A DNA stretch of 64,000 nt from Clostridia bacterium. Its GTDB lineage: Bacteria; Bacillota; Clostridia; Peptostreptococcales; Anaerovoracaceae. Location: assembly GCA_030537495.1 (NCBI GenBank), contig JAUNMH010000004.1, forward strand, positions 28,509 through 92,508. Reading direction: 5' to 3'. Under the pieces are notes generated by a model. It was not told the origin of the DNA and searched no databases. It worked only from the letters and a program-made list of their open reading frames with translations. Of this stretch, positions 38,909-49,134 are shown in pieces; position 1 is the stretch's first letter, and every line of letters starts with the position of its first letter. Both the position numbers and the translations under genes were made by a program.

Positions 38909-40312
38909 TTATACTGGATATGCCCTATTCTTGGAATCCATCAGCTCAGGATCCACCAGATGTTCCTTAGCTGCTCTCTTCTTGAAGAAGTCAACTGCCG
39001 GTCCTGGAAGCAGTGCGTATGAAAGCACGTCTTCATCCTGTTCCTTGTAAACCTTCATTTCCTCTTCAAGCTTATCAAGTTCGTTAGTCAAAAGATCTGC
39101 AGGTCTGCAAGTAATCGGTTTCTCGTCACCAATGGCCAGCCTCTGTACTTCCGGGTTAAAAGGCTTAATAGTCTTACCATATTCTCCGTGAAGAATTGCC
39201 TTGGTTTCCTTAGACATTACCTTATATCTTTCACCATATAGCACGTTCAAAACTGCCTGAGTTCCTACAATCTGTGAAGATGGTGTTACAAGAGGTGGCT
39301 CACCTAAATCCTTTCTAACTCTTGGAACTTCTGCAAGAACCTCATCATACTTATCCATTGCGTTCTGTTCCTTAAGCTGAGACATAAGGTTAGAAAGCAT
39401 ACCGCCAGGAACCTGGTATATGAGGGTTTTGATATTTACATCTAAAGTCTTAGGATTTAGAATACCCTCAGCCATGTATTTCTCTCTAATTGGGCGGAAG
39501 TAATTGGCAATCTCAACCAGTAGATTAAGGTCTAGACCTGTGTCATACTCTGTGCCCTTGAAAGTTTCTACCATAACCTCAGTTGCCGGCTGGCTTGTGC
39601 CCATGGCAAATGGGGAAATGGCTGTATCGATAATGCTGCAGCCGGCTTCTACGCCTCTTACGTAAGTAATCGGTGCAACGCCGCTGGTGCAGTGACTGTG
39701 AAGGTCGATTGGAATGCCAACGGTCTTAGTCAATTCCTTAACTAGTTCTGGTGCGAAGGTAGGTGTAAGAATTCCTGCCATATCCTTTACGCAGATGGAG
39801 TCCGCCCCCAGGCTTTCCATATCCTTGGCAAGCTTCTTCCAGTAGTCCAAAGTATAGGATTCCCCTGTTGTGTATGACATTGCCAGCTGAACGTGAGCGC
39901 CCTCTTTCTTGGCAGCTTTTACAGCTGTTTCTACATTTCGCAAGTCGTTAAGGGCGTCGAAAATTCTTAGAATATCAACTCCGTTGGCAACAGATTTCTG
40001 AACGAAATATTCTACTACATCATCTGCATAATGACGATATCCTAATAAGTTCTGACCACGAAGCAGCATCTGTGTCTTGGTTTTTTTCAAGTTTTTTCTA
40101 ATAATTCTAAGTCTTTCCCATGGATCTTCATCTAGGAATCTCATACATGCATCGAAGGTTGCTCCTCCCCAGCACTCAATGGAATAGTATCCAACTTCAT
40201 CCATCTTCTCAAGAATTGGAACCATTTCGTCTGTTCTCATTCTTGTTGCCATAAGGGACTGGTGTCCGTCTCTGATTGCGGTTTCTGTTATCTTAAGCTT
40301 TTTATCACTCAT
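38909..40312 (-). CDS. oadA: Oxaloacetate decarboxylase alpha / transcarboxylase 5S-like carboxyltransferase, no biotin domain
   Basis: RDGHQS, ECWGGATFD, KDMAG, HSHCTSG and LVTPSSQIVG motifs. Confidence 0.92.
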   Translation of the reverse strand: MSDKKLKITETAIRDGHQSLMATRMRTDEMVPILEKMDEVGYYSIECWGGATFDACMRFLDEDPWERLRIIRKNLKKTKTQMLLRGQNLLGYRHYADDVVEYFVQKSVANGVDILRIFDALNDLRNVETAVKAAKKEGAHVQLAMSYTTGESYTLDYWKKLAKDMESLGADSICVKDMAGILTPTFAPELVKELTKTVGIPIDLHSHCTSGVAPITYVRGVEAGCSIIDTAISPFAMGTSQPATEVMVETFKGTEYDTGLDLNLLVEIANYFRPIREKYMAEGILNPKTLDVNIKTLIYQVPGGMLSNLMSQLKEQNAMDKYDEVLAEVPRVRKDLGEPPLVTPSSQIVGTQAVLNVLYGERYKVMSKETKAILHGEYGKTIKPFNPEVQRLAIGDEKPITCRPADLLTNELDKLEEEMKVYKEQDEDVLSYALLPGPAVDFFKKRAAKEHLVDPELMDSKNRAYPV

Positions 40313-40348
40313 AATATTTCTCCTCTTATACCTCTGTCTCTTTTCCCT

Positions 40349-41473
40349 TTATACTCCAAATATAGCCATAAAGGTTCCGGCTGCTACTGCTGTTCCAATC
40401 ACGCCGGCAACATTAGGTCCCATAGCGTGCATCAGTAAGAAGTTTGTAGGGTCTTCCTCTGCGCCTACCTTCTGGGCAACTCTTGCCGACATTGGAACTG
40501 CTGATACGCCAGCTGCTCCAATTAATGGATTGATTTTTCCATGAGTTACCTTACACATTATCTTTCCTAAAACTACGCCGGCAGCTGTTCCGAAAGCAAA
40601 GGCCATAAGTCCTAGAATTACGATTTTAATCGTATTCCAGTTTAAGAAGGCTTCTGCGCTTGTAGTTGCACCTACTGAAGTTCCCAGTAGGATTACAACT
40701 ATATACATCATGGCATTAGATGCTGTTTCCTGTAGCTGACGAACTACTCCGCTTTCACGGAAAAGATTTCCTAACATAAGCATTCCAACCAGCGGGGTTG
40801 TGGTAGGAAGGAGTCCGCATACAACTATCGTTACAATAATAGGGAAAAGCAGTCTTTCCAGCTTGGATACCTCCCTAAGTTGTTCCATCTTAACCAGTCT
40901 TTCCTCTTTAGTTGTAAGAAGCTTCATAATCGGCGGCTGGATAATTGGAACCAGTGCCATATATGAATAAGCCGCTACAGCAATTGGCCCCATCAAATCA
41001 TTTTGGTGTAGCTTCATGGCTAGGAAAATTGATGTTGGGCCGTCAGCACCGCCGATAATTGAGACTGCCGCTGCCGCTGCATCACTGAATCCAAGAAGCA
41101 TTGCGCCTATATAGGCTGCGAAAATGCCAAACTGAGCTGCTGCTCCAAGTAGGAAGCTCTTCGGGTTAGCAATTAGTGGACCGAAGTCGGTCAAAGCTCC
41201 CACACCTAGGAAAATCAAGGATGGCAGGATGGTCCATTCATCTAGCATGAAGAAGTAGTGGAGCAAGCCCCCATCTTCCATGATTGGTGGATAAATATTT
41301 ACCAAAAGCATTCCGAAGGATATAGGAAGAAGAAGTAATGGTTCATACTTTCTTCCTATAGCAAGATACATGAAAAAGCAGGCAACTCCAATCATTATTA
41401 AATTACCGCCGGTCAAGTTGGCAAAAGCCGTCTGACCAACTAAATTACTTAGAGTTTCTGTAATGTATTCCAT
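40349..41473 (-). CDS. oadB: Na+-translocating decarboxylase beta subunit
   Basis: IIGGADGPT, AAYSYMALVP and HAMGPNVAG motifs. Confidence 0.95.
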   Translation of the reverse strand: MEYITETLSNLVGQTAFANLTGGNLIMIGVACFFMYLAIGRKYEPLLLLPISFGMLLVNIYPPIMEDGGLLHYFFMLDEWTILPSLIFLGVGALTDFGPLIANPKSFLLGAAAQFGIFAAYIGAMLLGFSDAAAAAVSIIGGADGPTSIFLAMKLHQNDLMGPIAVAAYSYMALVPIIQPPIMKLLTTKEERLVKMEQLREVSKLERLLFPIIVTIVVCGLLPTTTPLVGMLMLGNLFRESGVVRQLQETASNAMMYIVVILLGTSVGATTSAEAFLNWNTIKIVILGLMAFAFGTAAGVVLGKIMCKVTHGKINPLIGAAGVSAVPMSARVAQKVGAEEDPTNFLLMHAMGPNVAGVIGTAVAAGTFMAIFGV

Positions 41474-41516
41474 AAGTTTCTCCCATTGTTACTTTCGTTA
41501 CATTTTAAGCCGAAGC

Positions 41517-41885
41517 TTACGCTAAAACTGCTACAACCTGTCCGCCCTCTACAGGGTCACCTTCGTTAACGCAGATATCAGCAATTTTTCCGTCACAAAC
41601 AGCAACTACTGGAATTTCCATTTTCATAGCCTCCAAAATTAAGATGCTGTCGCCTTTCTTTACTTCATCGCCTACTTTAGTAACAACCTTCCAGACCTTG
41701 CCCGCAGTACCGCTTTTTACATCTGTTCCAGCCACCTTTGCCTTCGCTGCTGGTGCAGAGCTTGCGGCTGCACTTGCGCTTGCCGCGCTCTGAGTCTGTC
41801 CTGAAGTTGCTACGTTATTACCATCTACTTTTTCAACTTCTACTTCATATTCTTTTCCATTTACTCTTACAATATATTTTTCCAT
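41517..41885 (-). CDS. Biotin carboxyl carrier subunit (MmdC-like)
   Basis: VNGKEYEVEVE, an Ala-rich linker and EAMKM. Confidence 0.93.
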   Translation of the reverse strand: MEKYIVRVNGKEYEVEVEKVDGNNVATSGQTQSAASASAAASSAPAAKAKVAGTDVKSGTAGKVWKVVTKVGDEVKKGDSILILEAMKMEIPVVAVCDGKIADICVNEGDPVEGGQVVAVLA

Positions 41886-41902
41886 GTCAACCTCCCGATT
41901 GC

Positions 41903-42244
41903 TTATCTGATTCGTCTAATTGATCTTACTATGTATGGCGTTGTTCCGTTTCCTGCATTCGCTGGACTGATTCCCTTAGATGCTAGAATTGCTGCAATAA
42001 TTACTGGAACAAGTTCTTCGTCAGGGTCTGCGCCAATTTCTGTGCCCGCACCTGTACAGGCTCTAGCATCTGCCCCAGTTGCCCTGCTGGCTGTGCTTGT
42101 TGGTTTTGATATTTCTGCCTTACTCTTTGGTAAAAACTTGAAGCATGAAATCACCAGGCACATGAATATCAGCATAGCAAAGACGGTTCCCATACCGAGG
42201 GCTGTATTCAACAAAGCCTTCTCTAATATTTCACCTGTTGTCAT
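41903..42244 (-). CDS. OadG/MmdD-family anchor subunit
   Basis: GMGTVFAMLIFM TM segment and EELVPVIIAAI. GGAGG RBS before ATG 42244. Confidence 0.85.
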   Translation of the reverse strand: MTTGEILEKALLNTALGMGTVFAMLIFMCLVISCFKFLPKSKAEISKPTSTASRATGADARACTGAGTEIGADPDEELVPVIIAAILASKGISPANAGNGTTPYIVRSIRRIR

Positions 42245-42260
42245 ATGTCCACCTCCCGGT

Positions 42261-43574
42261 CTAGAATACGTTTGCAAAGGCCTCAAATGCGCCTATAACG
42301 TACTTTCTCGTATCTTTAGGACTAATTACCTTATCAACGTATCCGTGCTTTGCCAAAGCCTGAGGGCTGCAGTGTGTCTGGCGATACTCCTCCGCCTTCT
42401 TTTCAGCCTCAACTGGCCCAAGTTCCGGATACATAATTGCTACGGCATCTAAAGAATCAATGGTATTTACAGTTGCTGTATCCCACATAAATGCCAGATC
42501 ACATGAAAGGCCTTTACTATTCATCAAGCTGTAAGCACTTCCGTAAATATCTCCCGTTATCAAGTTTACCTTTGGAACATTGGCCTGAGCAAGTGCCCTT
42601 ATCAAAGCTGTTGCAGATTTTGAAAATCTCATTTCTGTTTCTATAGTTACATCATATCCCTTAGTGTCTGTAACCGTAAGAACCGGAATATTGAATCTAT
42701 CGCAAAGTCTTACAAGTCTGTTAGCTTTTTCGATTCCTTCAGCTGTCATTCTATCAGAAATACCGTCATTTCCGTATACGCCTACAACTGCGCCGTTAAG
42801 TCTCATAAGGCCGGCCACCATATCTCCGCCCCACTGAGCTTTAATCTCTATAAATCTGTGATTGTCAGCCAATTCCTTAAGAAGTGTTCTTGTGTCCTTT
42901 GTGCAATCATCTGTAAGCTCACGATTTAAATCATCCTTACATTCCTTAACCATAGGAAGTTCCTTGGTGCTGGATGGCAAGATTTCAACTAGCTTCTTAA
43001 TATATGCATTTAACTCGTCGGTCTTTAAGATGGCATCTGTATAAACCTTCTGAGTGAAAAGTTCCTGTCCGTTTAAGAAGTTCTGTGAGTTTACGAATAA
43101 TTTTCCGTGTTCCTCATCTACAAAGAGGAAGTCTGCCATATTGGCAAGGACTGAAATTCCTCCGCCACAAATTCCTGAAACAATGGCAATCTGAGGAATA
43201 ACTCCCACAGCCTTTGCCTGAGCTTTATATATTTTGGACAGCGCATTTAATCCGTCCAGTCCTTCTTCAACTCTGATTCCGCTGCAATCCAGAATTCCGA
43301 TAATCGGCGCCTGTGATTTCATCGCCAGGTTGTATAGGTTAACAATTTTTCTTCCGTGCATCTCGCCCAGTGAACCGCCCATAGAAGAACTTTCCTGACT
43401 ATATATATAGATCAGTTTTCCTCCCATTGTGGCATATCCAGTAACGATTCCGTCTCCCCCTTTGGCATGTACGGGGCTAGAGAAGTCAGTGAATCTAGCC
43501 ATTACATTTTCGCCGATTTCAACAAAACTCCCATAGTCTACCAAGTCTTCAATTCTCTTTTTCGCTATTCCCAT
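42261..43574 (-). CDS. Acyl-CoA carboxyltransferase (MmdA/12S-like), divergent
   Basis: RIEDLVDYGSFVE, DGIVTGYA, GGSLGEMHGRK and LCDRFNIPV motifs. The second-domain motifs are degenerate. Confidence 0.85.
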   Translation of the reverse strand: MGIAKKRIEDLVDYGSFVEIGENVMARFTDFSSPVHAKGGDGIVTGYATMGGKLIYIYSQESSSMGGSLGEMHGRKIVNLYNLAMKSQAPIIGILDCSGIRVEEGLDGLNALSKIYKAQAKAVGVIPQIAIVSGICGGGISVLANMADFLFVDEEHGKLFVNSQNFLNGQELFTQKVYTDAILKTDELNAYIKKLVEILPSSTKELPMVKECKDDLNRELTDDCTKDTRTLLKELADNHRFIEIKAQWGGDMVAGLMRLNGAVVGVYGNDGISDRMTAEGIEKANRLVRLCDRFNIPVLTVTDTKGYDVTIETEMRFSKSATALIRALAQANVPKVNLITGDIYGSAYSLMNSKGLSCDLAFMWDTATVNTIDSLDAVAIMYPELGPVEAEKKAEEYRQTHCSPQALAKHGYVDKVISPKDTRKYVIGAFEAFANVF

Positions 43575-43765
43575 TTCCAATCCTCCATATCTGGATTCAA
43601 CTAAATTCAATCATGCTCTTTCAAATTCTTTCGATTTAATTATACTGGTATTTTGTGATTTTTCAATGACATTTTTTGTTCAATTTACCCAAAATCCTAT
43701 TATCTTTTTTTCGAAGTTTTTCAGCCATCTCACCTAAATATTTAAAGTTTTACCATAGAAAAAAA

Positions 43766-43791
43766 GAGCCGTTTCATGTGAGAAACAGCTC
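43766..43791 (-). terminator. Terminator after udk
   Basis: GAGCCGTTTC / GAAACAGCTC with a T run on the minus strand. Confidence 0.7.
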
Positions 43792-43829
43792 CATAAATAA
43801 TCTCAATAACTAAGCTAATCCTGTTTAAT

Positions 43830-44447
43830 TTATTTTAGCAATGACTCGATTCTCTGATTCAGCATTTCCAGGGCAACAACATTAAACCCGCCTTCAGGAA
43901 TAATTATGTCTGCCTTCTTCTTGCTTGGCTCAACAAATTGCTCATGCATAAGTTTTACCGTAGTCAGATACTGTGTTACAACTGAATCTAAGGTTCTCGC
44001 TCTCTCCTGAACGTCTCTCAAGATTCTTCTGATAATTCTAACGTCGGCGTCGGTATCCACAAATACCTTAATATCGAAGCAATCCAAAAGCTCCTGATTC
44101 TCAAAGATTAAAATTCCCTCAACAATAACTACCTTAGAAGGCTTAACTATTTCAGTTTCCCCAATTGCTCTGTTATGAATTGTAAAATCATATACAGGGA
44201 TTTCTACAGTTTCCCAGTTCTTGAGTCTCATAACGTGCTCAACAAGAAGGTCTGTATCAAAAGCATCAGGATGATCATAATTCGTCTGACATCTTTCCTC
44301 ATAAGTCATTCCCTTCTGTTCTTTGTAATAGGAATCGTGACTGATTACAGTTATTGCATCTCCGAAATTTTCCTTGATTTTTTTTATTAAAGTGCTCTTA
44401 CCAGAGCCTGTTCCTCCGGCAATACCAATTACAATTACATTATCCAT
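43830..44447 (-). CDS. udk: Uridine kinase
   Basis: GIAGGTGSGKST, NYDHPDAFD and VIVEGIL motifs. Confidence 0.95.
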   Translation of the reverse strand: MDNVIVIGIAGGTGSGKSTLIKKIKENFGDAITVISHDSYYKEQKGMTYEERCQTNYDHPDAFDTDLLVEHVMRLKNWETVEIPVYDFTIHNRAIGETEIVKPSKVVIVEGILIFENQELLDCFDIKVFVDTDADVRIIRRILRDVQERARTLDSVVTQYLTTVKLMHEQFVEPSKKKADIIIPEGGFNVVALEMLNQRIESLLK

Positions 44448-46152
44448 TAATTATCGTCTCTCCTGTGTTAGTTGCCTCTTCACTTACCTCTTCCTTGCTT
44501 CTGTCCTCTTCAGTAATTGCAGAACCAAGTACTAAGGTATCCTTATCCAGTTCCTGAACAAGGTTATTAATCTTAGTGAGTTTTGCTCCTGAAATGTCGC
44601 TGGCAACGGCAAGGTCTGTAGTGTACAGAATGTTTTCAAGCTGATAGTGAATCTTTGCCAGCTGATTACGCAATCTGTCGATATCGTCGTTCTTTCTGCC
44701 TTCTTCCAGGAATTTCTCCACGTGAGTGATTTCCGCAGTGTTCATATCCAACTCGAATTCTGAGTTGCCCAGAACAACGACAGGGTCGTAGCCCAGCTTG
44801 TCAGTAATTAGTTTTGCAAAATCCTTCTTAGAGTCTTCCTCACCATGAACCAGGAATACCTGCTTAGGCTTCTTCTGGAAACCAGATATCCACGCTAACA
44901 GTCCGTTTTGATCGGCGTGGCCTGAGAAACCTTCCAGATTGTAGATTTCTGCATTAACGTGAACCGCTTCACCAAAGAGTGTAACGTCCTTTGTGCCTTC
45001 AACTAAGATTCTGCCAAGAGTGCCTTCTGCCTGATAACCTACGAAAATAACGCTGGCACGTGGGTCCCAAAGGTTGTGCTTCAGATGATGGCGAATACGT
45101 CCGGCTTCACACATTCCGCTGGCGGAAATAATGATTTTCGGACTCTTATCCATATTCAGTGCCTGAGATTCGGCTGTAGTTCTCGTAAACTTCAGGTTCT
45201 TGAAATCCAGAGGGTTGTCGCCGCGCATAATATATGCCTTAGTTTCCTCATCAAATACCTGTGCGTTTTTTCTAAAAACTTCAGTTGCTGTTGTTGCCAT
45301 AGGGCTATCTACGTAGACTTTTACCTTATCAAGCTGAGTTCTGTACTCGCTGTGTTCTTCATAGAACTTGTTAAATTCAAATATCAATTCCTGTGTTCTG
45401 CCTACTGCAAAAGAAGGAATTACAACGTTTCCGCCTCTCTTTATAGTCTTCAGAACAATATCAAGAAGCTGGTTTATGCTCGTTGAATTTTCAGGGTGAT
45501 TTCTGTTACCATAGGTAGTTTCCATAATAACATAATCGGCTTTTTTGATGATAGTTGGGTCTCTTAGAATAGGTCTGTCCATCATTCCAAGGTCGCCAGA
45601 AAATACTATTTTGGATTCCTTTCCATCTTCAGTAATCCAAAGCTCTGTAATAGCTGAACCAAGAATATGACCTGCATCGTTAAATACGATTTTCATATTG
45701 TCGTTAAGTTCAATAAGCTGATCGTAAAGAACCGGCTCTACATACTGCAAAGAGTCCACTGCATCGTTATATGTATACAGCGGTTCAACCATTGGTTTTC
45801 CTGCACGCAATGCTTTTCTGTTCTGTCTTTCGGCATCCTTTTCGTGGATATAGCCGCTATCTTTAAGCATTACGTCCAGCAAATCAGCTGTGGCATCAGT
45901 GCAGTAGATTTTTCCTTTGAAACCACGCTTCACAAGAAGTGGGATTCTTCCGCAGTGGTCAATATGGGCATGGCTCAAAACCACACATTCGATTTCTGCC
46001 GGGTCAAATGGAAACGGCTCGGCGTTCAAAGCTTCCTGCGCCTTCCCACCCTGGAACTGTCCGCAATCGAGCAGAATTTTGTGATTTTCCGTTGTCAATA
46101 AATGACATGAACCTGTAACTCCTGATGATGCTCCACAAAACTTAATCTTCAT
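44440..46152 (-). CDS. MBL-fold beta-CASP RNA-metabolising hydrolase
   Basis: SHAHIDH, AGHILGS, SGDLG, ETTYG, PSFAVGRTQE and FSGHAD motifs. Confidence 0.92.
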   Translation of the reverse strand: MKIKFCGASSGVTGSCHLLTTENHKILLDCGQFQGGKAQEALNAEPFPFDPAEIECVVLSHAHIDHCGRIPLLVKRGFKGKIYCTDATADLLDVMLKDSGYIHEKDAERQNRKALRAGKPMVEPLYTYNDAVDSLQYVEPVLYDQLIELNDNMKIVFNDAGHILGSAITELWITEDGKESKIVFSGDLGMMDRPILRDPTIIKKADYVIMETTYGNRNHPENSTSINQLLDIVLKTIKRGGNVVIPSFAVGRTQELIFEFNKFYEEHSEYRTQLDKVKVYVDSPMATTATEVFRKNAQVFDEETKAYIMRGDNPLDFKNLKFTRTTAESQALNMDKSPKIIISASGMCEAGRIRHHLKHNLWDPRASVIFVGYQAEGTLGRILVEGTKDVTLFGEAVHVNAEIYNLEGFSGHADQNGLLAWISGFQKKPKQVFLVHGEEDSKKDFAKLITDKLGYDPVVVLGNSEFELDMNTAEITHVEKFLEEGRKNDDIDRLRNQLAKIHYQLENILYTTDLAVASDISGAKLTKINNLVQELDKDTLVLGSAITEEDRSKEEVSEEATNTGETIING

Positions 46153-46214
46153 CTTGCTTCCCCCTCGTATAATATTAATTTTACCCCTATTATACTCTTA
46201 CTTTTACAATATTT

Positions 46215-47003
46215 CTATCTTTCTTTGTAATCTTCCTCAGTATGGAAATCTGAGCCTTCAGTAATATGCAGATGATACTTTCCTGCAATTGTAACCAGCT
46301 TCAGAGAATCTTCCTCGCTGGCAGATGGATGGAAGCATTCAACGCCCTTAAGCCCTGCTTTTTTCAGCATCTTAATAAGCTCATCCATATTTGCCCAGAA
46401 TTCCTCGCTGCCTTTCTCACCCAGGTTCTTAATCTTCATAGGGTGTGCCAAAACAGCAATGCCTCCCGCCGTCTTAATCAGCTCAATTGCCTCAAATGTA
46501 TCGATTTTCTTTTTCTCCACAGAGTCCAGAAGCTGCCTCATATTAGGAATGTCATAGCCCTTGGCCTTAAGCGCCCTCGCAAAGTTAGGCTTACCCACAT
46601 AAGTCTGCTTCGGTCTGGTCAGCAGATCGTCATAGCTCAGCTCGTACCCCTTCTCATTTATCAAAACCAACAGCTTATCGTTTCTCTCTTTACGATTTTC
46701 TCTAAGTTCCTTAAGCTTCTCCAAAAGTTCTTCATTTTCAATATCGATATGATATCCAAGAATATGAAGTTCCGTAATTACATCGCCAAACTTACAGTCA
46801 GTTCCAAATTCAATTCCCGGAATAACCTGCATTTTCAATGCCTCTCCTGCAATCACAGCCTCATTAATTCCATCTATTCCGTCATGGTCAGTAATTGCCA
46901 CCATGTCATATTCCTTCTCGCTGAAAAATCTGATAACTTCAGTTGGCTTCATTGTTCCGTCTGAATAATATGTATGAACGTGATAATCAACCTTGTAACC
47001 CAT
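46215..47003 (-). CDS. PHP-domain phosphoesterase (YciV/TrpH-like)
   Basis: DYHVHTYYSDG, ITDHD, LAHP and GSDFH motifs. Confidence 0.92.
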   Translation of the reverse strand: MGYKVDYHVHTYYSDGTMKPTEVIRFFSEKEYDMVAITDHDGIDGINEAVIAGEALKMQVIPGIEFGTDCKFGDVITELHILGYHIDIENEELLEKLKELRENRKERNDKLLVLINEKGYELSYDDLLTRPKQTYVGKPNFARALKAKGYDIPNMRQLLDSVEKKKIDTFEAIELIKTAGGIAVLAHPMKIKNLGEKGSEEFWANMDELIKMLKKAGLKGVECFHPSASEEDSLKLVTIAGKYHLHITEGSDFHTEEDYKER

Positions 47004-47532
47004 ATTTTACTTCCTCTGCCTTTTCCTTTCCTGATAAATATTCAATAATAGCCAGTGCAAAATCGGCGGCTACTCCAGGACCTCTACCTGTAATAATCTT
47101 GTCATCTACAACAACTTTCTCACCTGTTGAAACTGCATTAACAAGTTCTTCTTCCATGCCTGGATAAATCGTAGCTCTGTGTCCATCAAATAGTCCTGCT
47201 TTTGCAAGCACCATAGGTGCCGCACAGATTGCGGCCACTGGCTTGCCCTCTGCCACATATTCCTTAAGAACCACGTTAAAATATTTGTGGTTACAAAGGT
47301 TCGTAGTTCCAGGCATACCGCCAGGAAGAACCATCATACCACATCTTTCCGGTTCAATGTTCTTGAACATCATGTCACTTTCCACACCTATTCCGTGTGC
47401 TCCAAAGACAGTCTTATCCTCCATCAGAGAAACCGTCTTAACCTGAATTTCGGCTCTTCTCAGTAGGTCAACCACTGTCAAAGCTTCAATTTCTTCAAAT
47501 CCATGTGCTAAAAATACGTATACCATTATCAT
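46987..47532 (-). CDS. DJ-1/ThiJ/YajL-family protein
   Basis: GFEEIEA, LPGGMPG, AICAAP and TGRGPG motifs. Confidence 0.94.
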   Translation of the reverse strand: MIMVYVFLAHGFEEIEALTVVDLLRRAEIQVKTVSLMEDKTVFGAHGIGVESDMMFKNIEPERCGMMVLPGGMPGTTNLCNHKYFNVVLKEYVAEGKPVAAICAAPMVLAKAGLFDGHRATIYPGMEEELVNAVSTGEKVVVDDKIITGRGPGVAADFALAIIEYLSGKEKAEEVKYGLQG

Positions 47533-47538
47533 TATCCC

Positions 47539-48201
47539 TTAATAAAAAATTCGTTCCTGCTTAGTTAATCTCATATTCACATACGCAAATATTCCTGCAA
47601 ATATAAGTGCCACCAATGAGGCAAACAACGCATAGGTCTTAAACATAGGGTCCCCTAGAACCATTACAAGAAGGGAATCCTTTGGTAACTTGATACCAAT
47701 CCACTGGCCATAGAGCCAGTGTCTGAAAGTTTTGTTGCAGACCAAGATAACCCTTACCAGTATGCACGCCACTGTAATACCTATAGCCAAATAACCTCTA
47801 TTTCGAAGTGCTTTCGTAGACCCTCGGCGCCAAAAATGAACGTAAATGGCGACGAAAAGCCCCATTGACAAAAGGCCAAGTCCCAGCTCAATGTTCAGCA
47901 CCTTGCGCACCTGTCTCATAACTTCCTGCTCAGTACTGTTGTAAAGAGGGTCCTTGTACTTGCCATTATCCTCATAAACCTGGAATTTATCGCTGCTAAA
48001 TGACGTCAAATATCCGCTTATTTCGTCGGCCATTTCGCCTCCCTTAACGCTATAAGGTATGTCAAGAACAGCCTGACTGTCGTTAAAGTGATACACATAA
48101 GTCGCTGACATTCGCAGTACCAAGGTAGATGAAAGCATTAGTATTGCAAGAGAAATCAGCAGTACCATAATAAACGACAAAATGTAGTTTATCTGTTTCA
48201 T
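47539..48201 (-). CDS. Integral membrane protein (possibly DUF1461-like)
   Basis: Four hydrophobic segments within the co-oriented operon; the family assignment is tentative. Confidence 0.65.
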   Translation of the reverse strand: MKQINYILSFIMVLLISLAILMLSSTLVLRMSATYVYHFNDSQAVLDIPYSVKGGEMADEISGYLTSFSSDKFQVYEDNGKYKDPLYNSTEQEVMRQVRKVLNIELGLGLLSMGLFVAIYVHFWRRGSTKALRNRGYLAIGITVACILVRVILVCNKTFRHWLYGQWIGIKLPKDSLLVMVLGDPMFKTYALFASLVALIFAGIFAYVNMRLTKQERIFY

Positions 48202-48271
48202 TCAAATTCTCCTCGTATTCAAAAGGAGACAGACGAACTGGCCTATCTCCATGATTTTCTTCTGATTACGC

Positions 48272-48799
48272 CTAGCCTTCCAAATATGTAATGTATGGAA
48301 GGTTTCTGTATTTCTGATCGAAGTCCAGTCCATATCCAACTATGAACAGATCGTCAACAGTATATCCGATGTAATCCCCATATACGTCAGCTGTTCTTCT
48401 TGAAGGTTTGTCCAGCATAGTGCAAATCTTCACGCTTGCCGCTTTTCTCTCACCAAAATAATCTTTCAGGAATTTCAATGTGTTTCCTGAATCGATAATA
48501 TCTTCAATGATCAAAACATGCTTGCCTTCAACTTCCAGCTCCACGTCTAATTTAATATTAACCTTTCCAGAACTTACAGTTCCTGCGCCATAGCTACTCG
48601 CTGAAATAAAATCGATTTCCATATCTGTGTCGATATTTCTCATCATATCAGCCATCCACATAACAGCGCCTCTCAGAGTACCTACAAGTAAAAGTTTCTT
48701 GCCTTTGTAATCTTCTGTTATCTGCTTTCCAAGTTCTTCTGCTCTTCTCCAGATATCTTCCTGTGTGTATAATATAGTTCCAATTGTTTCCTTTGCCAT
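48272..48799 (-). CDS. hpt: Hypoxanthine phosphoribosyltransferase
   Basis: VLIIEDIIDSGNTL and IVGYGLDFDQKYRNLP motifs. Confidence 0.95.
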   Translation of the reverse strand: MAKETIGTILYTQEDIWRRAEELGKQITEDYKGKKLLLVGTLRGAVMWMADMMRNIDTDMEIDFISASSYGAGTVSSGKVNIKLDVELEVEGKHVLIIEDIIDSGNTLKFLKDYFGERKAASVKICTMLDKPSRRTADVYGDYIGYTVDDLFIVGYGLDFDQKYRNLPYITYLEG

Positions 48800-48802
48800 T
48801 GC

Positions 48803-49132
48803 TTACTCCTTATCGTCATCTTCTACTTTATATTCTACACCCTCTACCATGTTTTTACCACTGAATTTTCTCGACAGGTCCTCACTTTTTTCGCCCATCC
48901 AGTAGGAATCAAGTTCGTCCTTAAGTGTCCACAGAATATAAATCCATAGAATAAGGTCGTCGATAAAGCCGAAAGGAAAAAGTATCGGCGGAATCAGGTC
49001 TACAGGAAGCACAAGATATACCAGTCCGAAGATTATTAGTGCTTTCTTCCTAAAAGGCACTGTCCTATCCTTAAGCATGTAGAAAACAGCTTTTATTCTC
49101 TTTAAAATTACCCTAAAGCTGATAAATTGCAT
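48803..49132 (-). CDS. YkvA/DUF1232-family membrane protein
   Basis: YLVLPVDLIP...FGFIDDL. Confidence 0.88.
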   Translation of the reverse strand: MQFISFRVILKRIKAVFYMLKDRTVPFRKKALIIFGLVYLVLPVDLIPPILFPFGFIDDLILWIYILWTLKDELDSYWMGEKSEDLSRKFSGKNMVEGVEYKVEDDDKE

Positions 49133-49134
49133 CT

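Noticed and set aside
43771-43787. parS-like GTTTCATGTGAGAAAC
   Set aside because: The spacing is wrong, and it is the stem-loop of the udk terminator.
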